From: an uncultured Candidatus Peregrinibacteria bacterium
Lineage (GTDB): Bacteria > Patescibacteriota > Gracilibacteria > UBA1369
NCBI GenBank assembly: GCA_937858825.1
Contig: CALMAI010000004.1
Location: 3,833 to 67,832 of the forward strand
Length of the DNA stretch: 64,000 bases
Direction: 5' to 3'
Below the pieces are notes generated by a model, which did not search any database, was not told where the DNA came from, and saw nothing but the letters and a program-made list of their open reading frames with translations. Made by a program: the position numbers and the translations under genes. Shown here piece after piece: positions 62,300 through 64,000 of this stretch (positions within the stretch are counted from its first letter, which is position 1; each line of letters opens with the position of its first letter).

Positions 62300-63100
62300 T
62301 TAGTTTGAAGCAAAGTAATCTGCCATTTCCTGGTGAATGTGTCCGTTGGTGGCGAGGATTGAAGGCTCCTGAATGTCGAACTGTGATCCGTTGAGATTGG
62401 TCACTTTTCCGCCGGCTTCCTGGACAATCAAGAGTCCTGCTGCCATGTCCCAGGGATTGAGCGCGAGCTCCCAAAAACCATCAATTCGTCCGGCGGCTGT
62501 GTAGCAGAGATCTAATGCGGCGGCTCCGCAGCGACGAATGCCTTGAGATACATCAATAAAGTGTTGATAGTGTTTCATGTTTGGGTGGATGAGTTCCGGG
62601 AAGCTTGGATTGAAGCCTGTTCCCAAAAGTGACTCTTCCAGTTTGGTTGTTGAGACGTTCAGCTTTTTGTCGTTGAGGAAAGATCCTCCACCTTTTGATG
62701 CGAAGAACATTTCCTGGAGCATGGGAGCGTACACAGCTCCAACAGCTATCTCGCCTTGTATTTCCAGTCCGATTGAAATGCAAAAGTATGGATGTTTGTG
62801 TGCGAAGTTGGTGGTTCCATCAATGGGATCGATAATCCATCGATAATCGGGGTCTGCCTGTTTTGAACTTCCTTCTTCTCCGAGAATGGAATGGTTGGGA
62901 TAGGCTTTCTCCAGCTGTTCAATGACAAATTGTTCAGTTTTTTTATCGTACTCGGTAACAAGATTTGCTTTTCCTTTTAATTTGAAAGAAATGTCTTTGT
63001 TATAACCTTCAAGCATGATTTTGCCTGCATCTTGTGCAATTTTTTTGCTCAAATCGAGGTATGGCTGGAGTGATTCGTTCATGAGGCTCATAAAAGTCAC
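62300..63100 (-). CDS. suhB: Inositol monophosphatase family protein (SuhB-like)
   Basis: 'ILGEEG', 'WIIDPIDGTTNF' and 'GAAALDLCYTAAGRIDGFWE' are canonical IMPase motifs. Confidence 0.9.
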   Translation of the reverse strand: MTFMSLMNESLQPYLDLSKKIAQDAGKIMLEGYNKDISFKLKGKANLVTEYDKKTEQFVIEQLEKAYPNHSILGEEGSSKQADPDYRWIIDPIDGTTNFAHKHPYFCISIGLEIQGEIAVGAVYAPMLQEMFFASKGGGSFLNDKKLNVSTTKLEESLLGTGFNPSFPELIHPNMKHYQHFIDVSQGIRRCGAAALDLCYTAAGRIDGFWELALNPWDMAAGLLIVQEAGGKVTNLNGSQFDIQEPSILATNGHIHQEMADYFASN

Positions 63101-63282
63101 AGGATAGTATCATTACGCGGTTTTTTATTTCAAGGCAAATGGGTTGATCTTATAGAGAGAATGTTTCGCGAATCGCAAATTTTTATAGTAAAAAATCAGG
63201 TTGCTCAACATCGCAAGTCGAAGATAGGGAATGAGGGCCTCTTTTCTTGACGAACGAGAGGCAAACTATTAGTGTGGAGAAT

Positions 63283-63329
63283 GTTCTATATGTAGTGGCT
63301 TTCTTTCTAGGGTTACCCATATCTTGTGG
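63283..63329. promoter_or_regulatory. Two phased 16-mers resembling NrdR boxes upstream of nrdJ
   Basis: GTTCTATATGTAGTGG (63283-98) and TACCCATATCTTGTGG (63314-29) match 11/16 and 10/16 of the acaCwAtATaTwGtgt consensus. Centre-to-centre spacing is 31 bp, about 105-150 nt upstream of the nrdJ ATG. Confidence 0.35.
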
Positions 63330-63433
63330 TCGTGCCCTGTATTTTGCTCTCTTCTTTACCTGTCTGTGAAGATCTGAAATGGGTTCCGCTATGTATAAGT
63401 TTCGAACGATTTCCATCCTTTAACGTTACACCT

Positions 63434-64000
63434 ATGCCACCTGCTTCTCAAAAAAAACTCCCACTTTCATTGGAAGAACGGACAAAAAAAGGTCTGAAAA
63501 TTCCTCGATTTTTTACCGAGGAAGGAAAAGATCCATTTTCATACTATGAGTATGAAAAGCGAACTTCTGTTATTAAGAATCCAGATGGAAGTACTGTTTT
63601 TGAGATGAAAGATGTTGAGGTGCCAAAAGGATGGTCTCAGGTGGCTACTGACATTTTGGCGCAAAAGTATTCCCGAAAAAAAGGTGTGCCTCAAATGGAT
63701 GAAGATGGAAAACCTGTTTTGGATGAAAATGGTAACGTTGTTACTGGTGCAGAAAAGTCTGTAAAACAAGTAGTCGGGCGTTTGACCAGCACCTGGAGGC
63801 ACTGGGGTGAAGAGTATAACTATTTTGATTCAAAGGAGGATGCTCAGGCTTTTGAAGATGAACTGAACTACATGCTGACCGGGCAAATGGCTGCACCAAA
63901 CAGTCCTCAATGGTTTAACACCGGTTTGGCACATGCTTATGGTATTACCGGTGATCCGCAAGGGCACTACTATGTGGATCCAGAGACAGGAAAGCTTTCA
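63434..64000 (+). CDS. nrdJ: Class II (adenosylcobalamin-dependent) ribonucleotide reductase, N-terminal 189 aa, continues past the window
   Basis: Not in the track (no stop). Hand translation: MPPASQKKLPLSLEERTKKGLKIPRFFTEEGKDPFSYYEYEKRTSVIKNPDGSTVFEMKDVEVPKGWSQVATDILAQKYSRK…MAAPNSPQWFNTG, the typical NrdJ N-terminus. Confidence 0.85.
   Translation, partial: MPPASQKKLPLSLEERTKKGLKIPRFFTEEGKDPFSYYEYEKRTSVIKNPDGSTVFEMKDVEVPKGWSQVATDILAQKYSRKKGVPQMDEDGKPVLDENGNVVTGAEKSVKQVVGRLTSTWRHWGEEYNYFDSKEDAQAFEDELNYMLTGQMAAPNSPQWFNTGLAHAYGITGDPQGHYYVDPETGKLS

Noticed and set aside
63183-63416. A 77-aa minus-strand ORF in the nrdJ upstream region.
   Set aside because: It has basic low-complexity composition, no motif and no RBS context. 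It lies in a likely regulatory region between divergent genes, so I treat it as spurious.
63101-63433. A cobalamin riboswitch in front of the B12-dependent RNR.
   Set aside because: An 'AGGGAA' is present (about 63224), but there is no 'GGTG..AA.TCC', no 'GCCACTG' and no B12 box (AGYCMGG.G.CCTGCC). B12 riboswitches normally precede B12-independent RNRs, not nrdJ.
1-64000. CRISPR arrays, rRNA operons, transposases/integrases, prophage blocks and toxin-antitoxin pairs.
   Set aside because: I saw no regularly spaced direct repeats, no rRNA-like conserved segments and no DDE/tyrosine-recombinase or phage structural motifs in any ORF. The four tRNAs have no adjacent integrase.

Overview
Dense, mostly single-copy bacterial chromosome, standard genetic code: TGA is used as a stop and a tRNA-Trp(CCA) is present. 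I called about 70 CDS, 4 tRNAs (Ser-GGA, Thr-GGT, Trp-CCA, Arg-GCG, all on the minus strand) and several clear rho-independent terminators. I found no rRNA, CRISPR array, transposase or integrase. Gene content hints at an uncultivated, CPR/Peregrinibacteria-like lineage, but that is only a guess. The supporting features are a split transketolase, phosphoketolase plus a non-oxidative pentose-phosphate set, many small secreted or lipoprotein ORFans, and ECF sigma modules. Housekeeping blocks: a folate operon (pabB-pabC-folP-PTPS-folK), tkt halves, xfp, prs-rpiA-rpe, a class B PBP, rpmB, ndk, msrA/msrB, two NDH-2 genes and the 5' end of nrdJ. Two edge-truncated genes are missing from the ORF track and were read by hand. 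One is a >=1538-aa membrane-anchored alpha-2-macroglobulin-like gene (1..4614, minus). The other is nrdJ (63434..64000, plus). The most unusual observation is a complete 129-aa Hint/intein-like domain (Cys1, TxxH, terminal His-Asn, but +1 Gln). It sits exactly where the A2M bait region should be, in a protein that lies 3 nt downstream of an ECF sigma gene and has anti-sigma-like topology. Other accessory items: tandem paralogous repeat proteins with WxL-like C-termini next to an SLH protein; an LTD-cohesin-FN3-dockerin protein with a tail-anchored cohesin-like neighbour; and a LepB-DUF192 fusion splitting the two transketolase halves. Also a deacylase/ATP-grasp-like gene pair, a low-GC DUF4145-like orphan gene, a frameshifted amidinotransferase, and a degenerate RpiB remnant. 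All family assignments come from motif recognition by eye; no searches were run.
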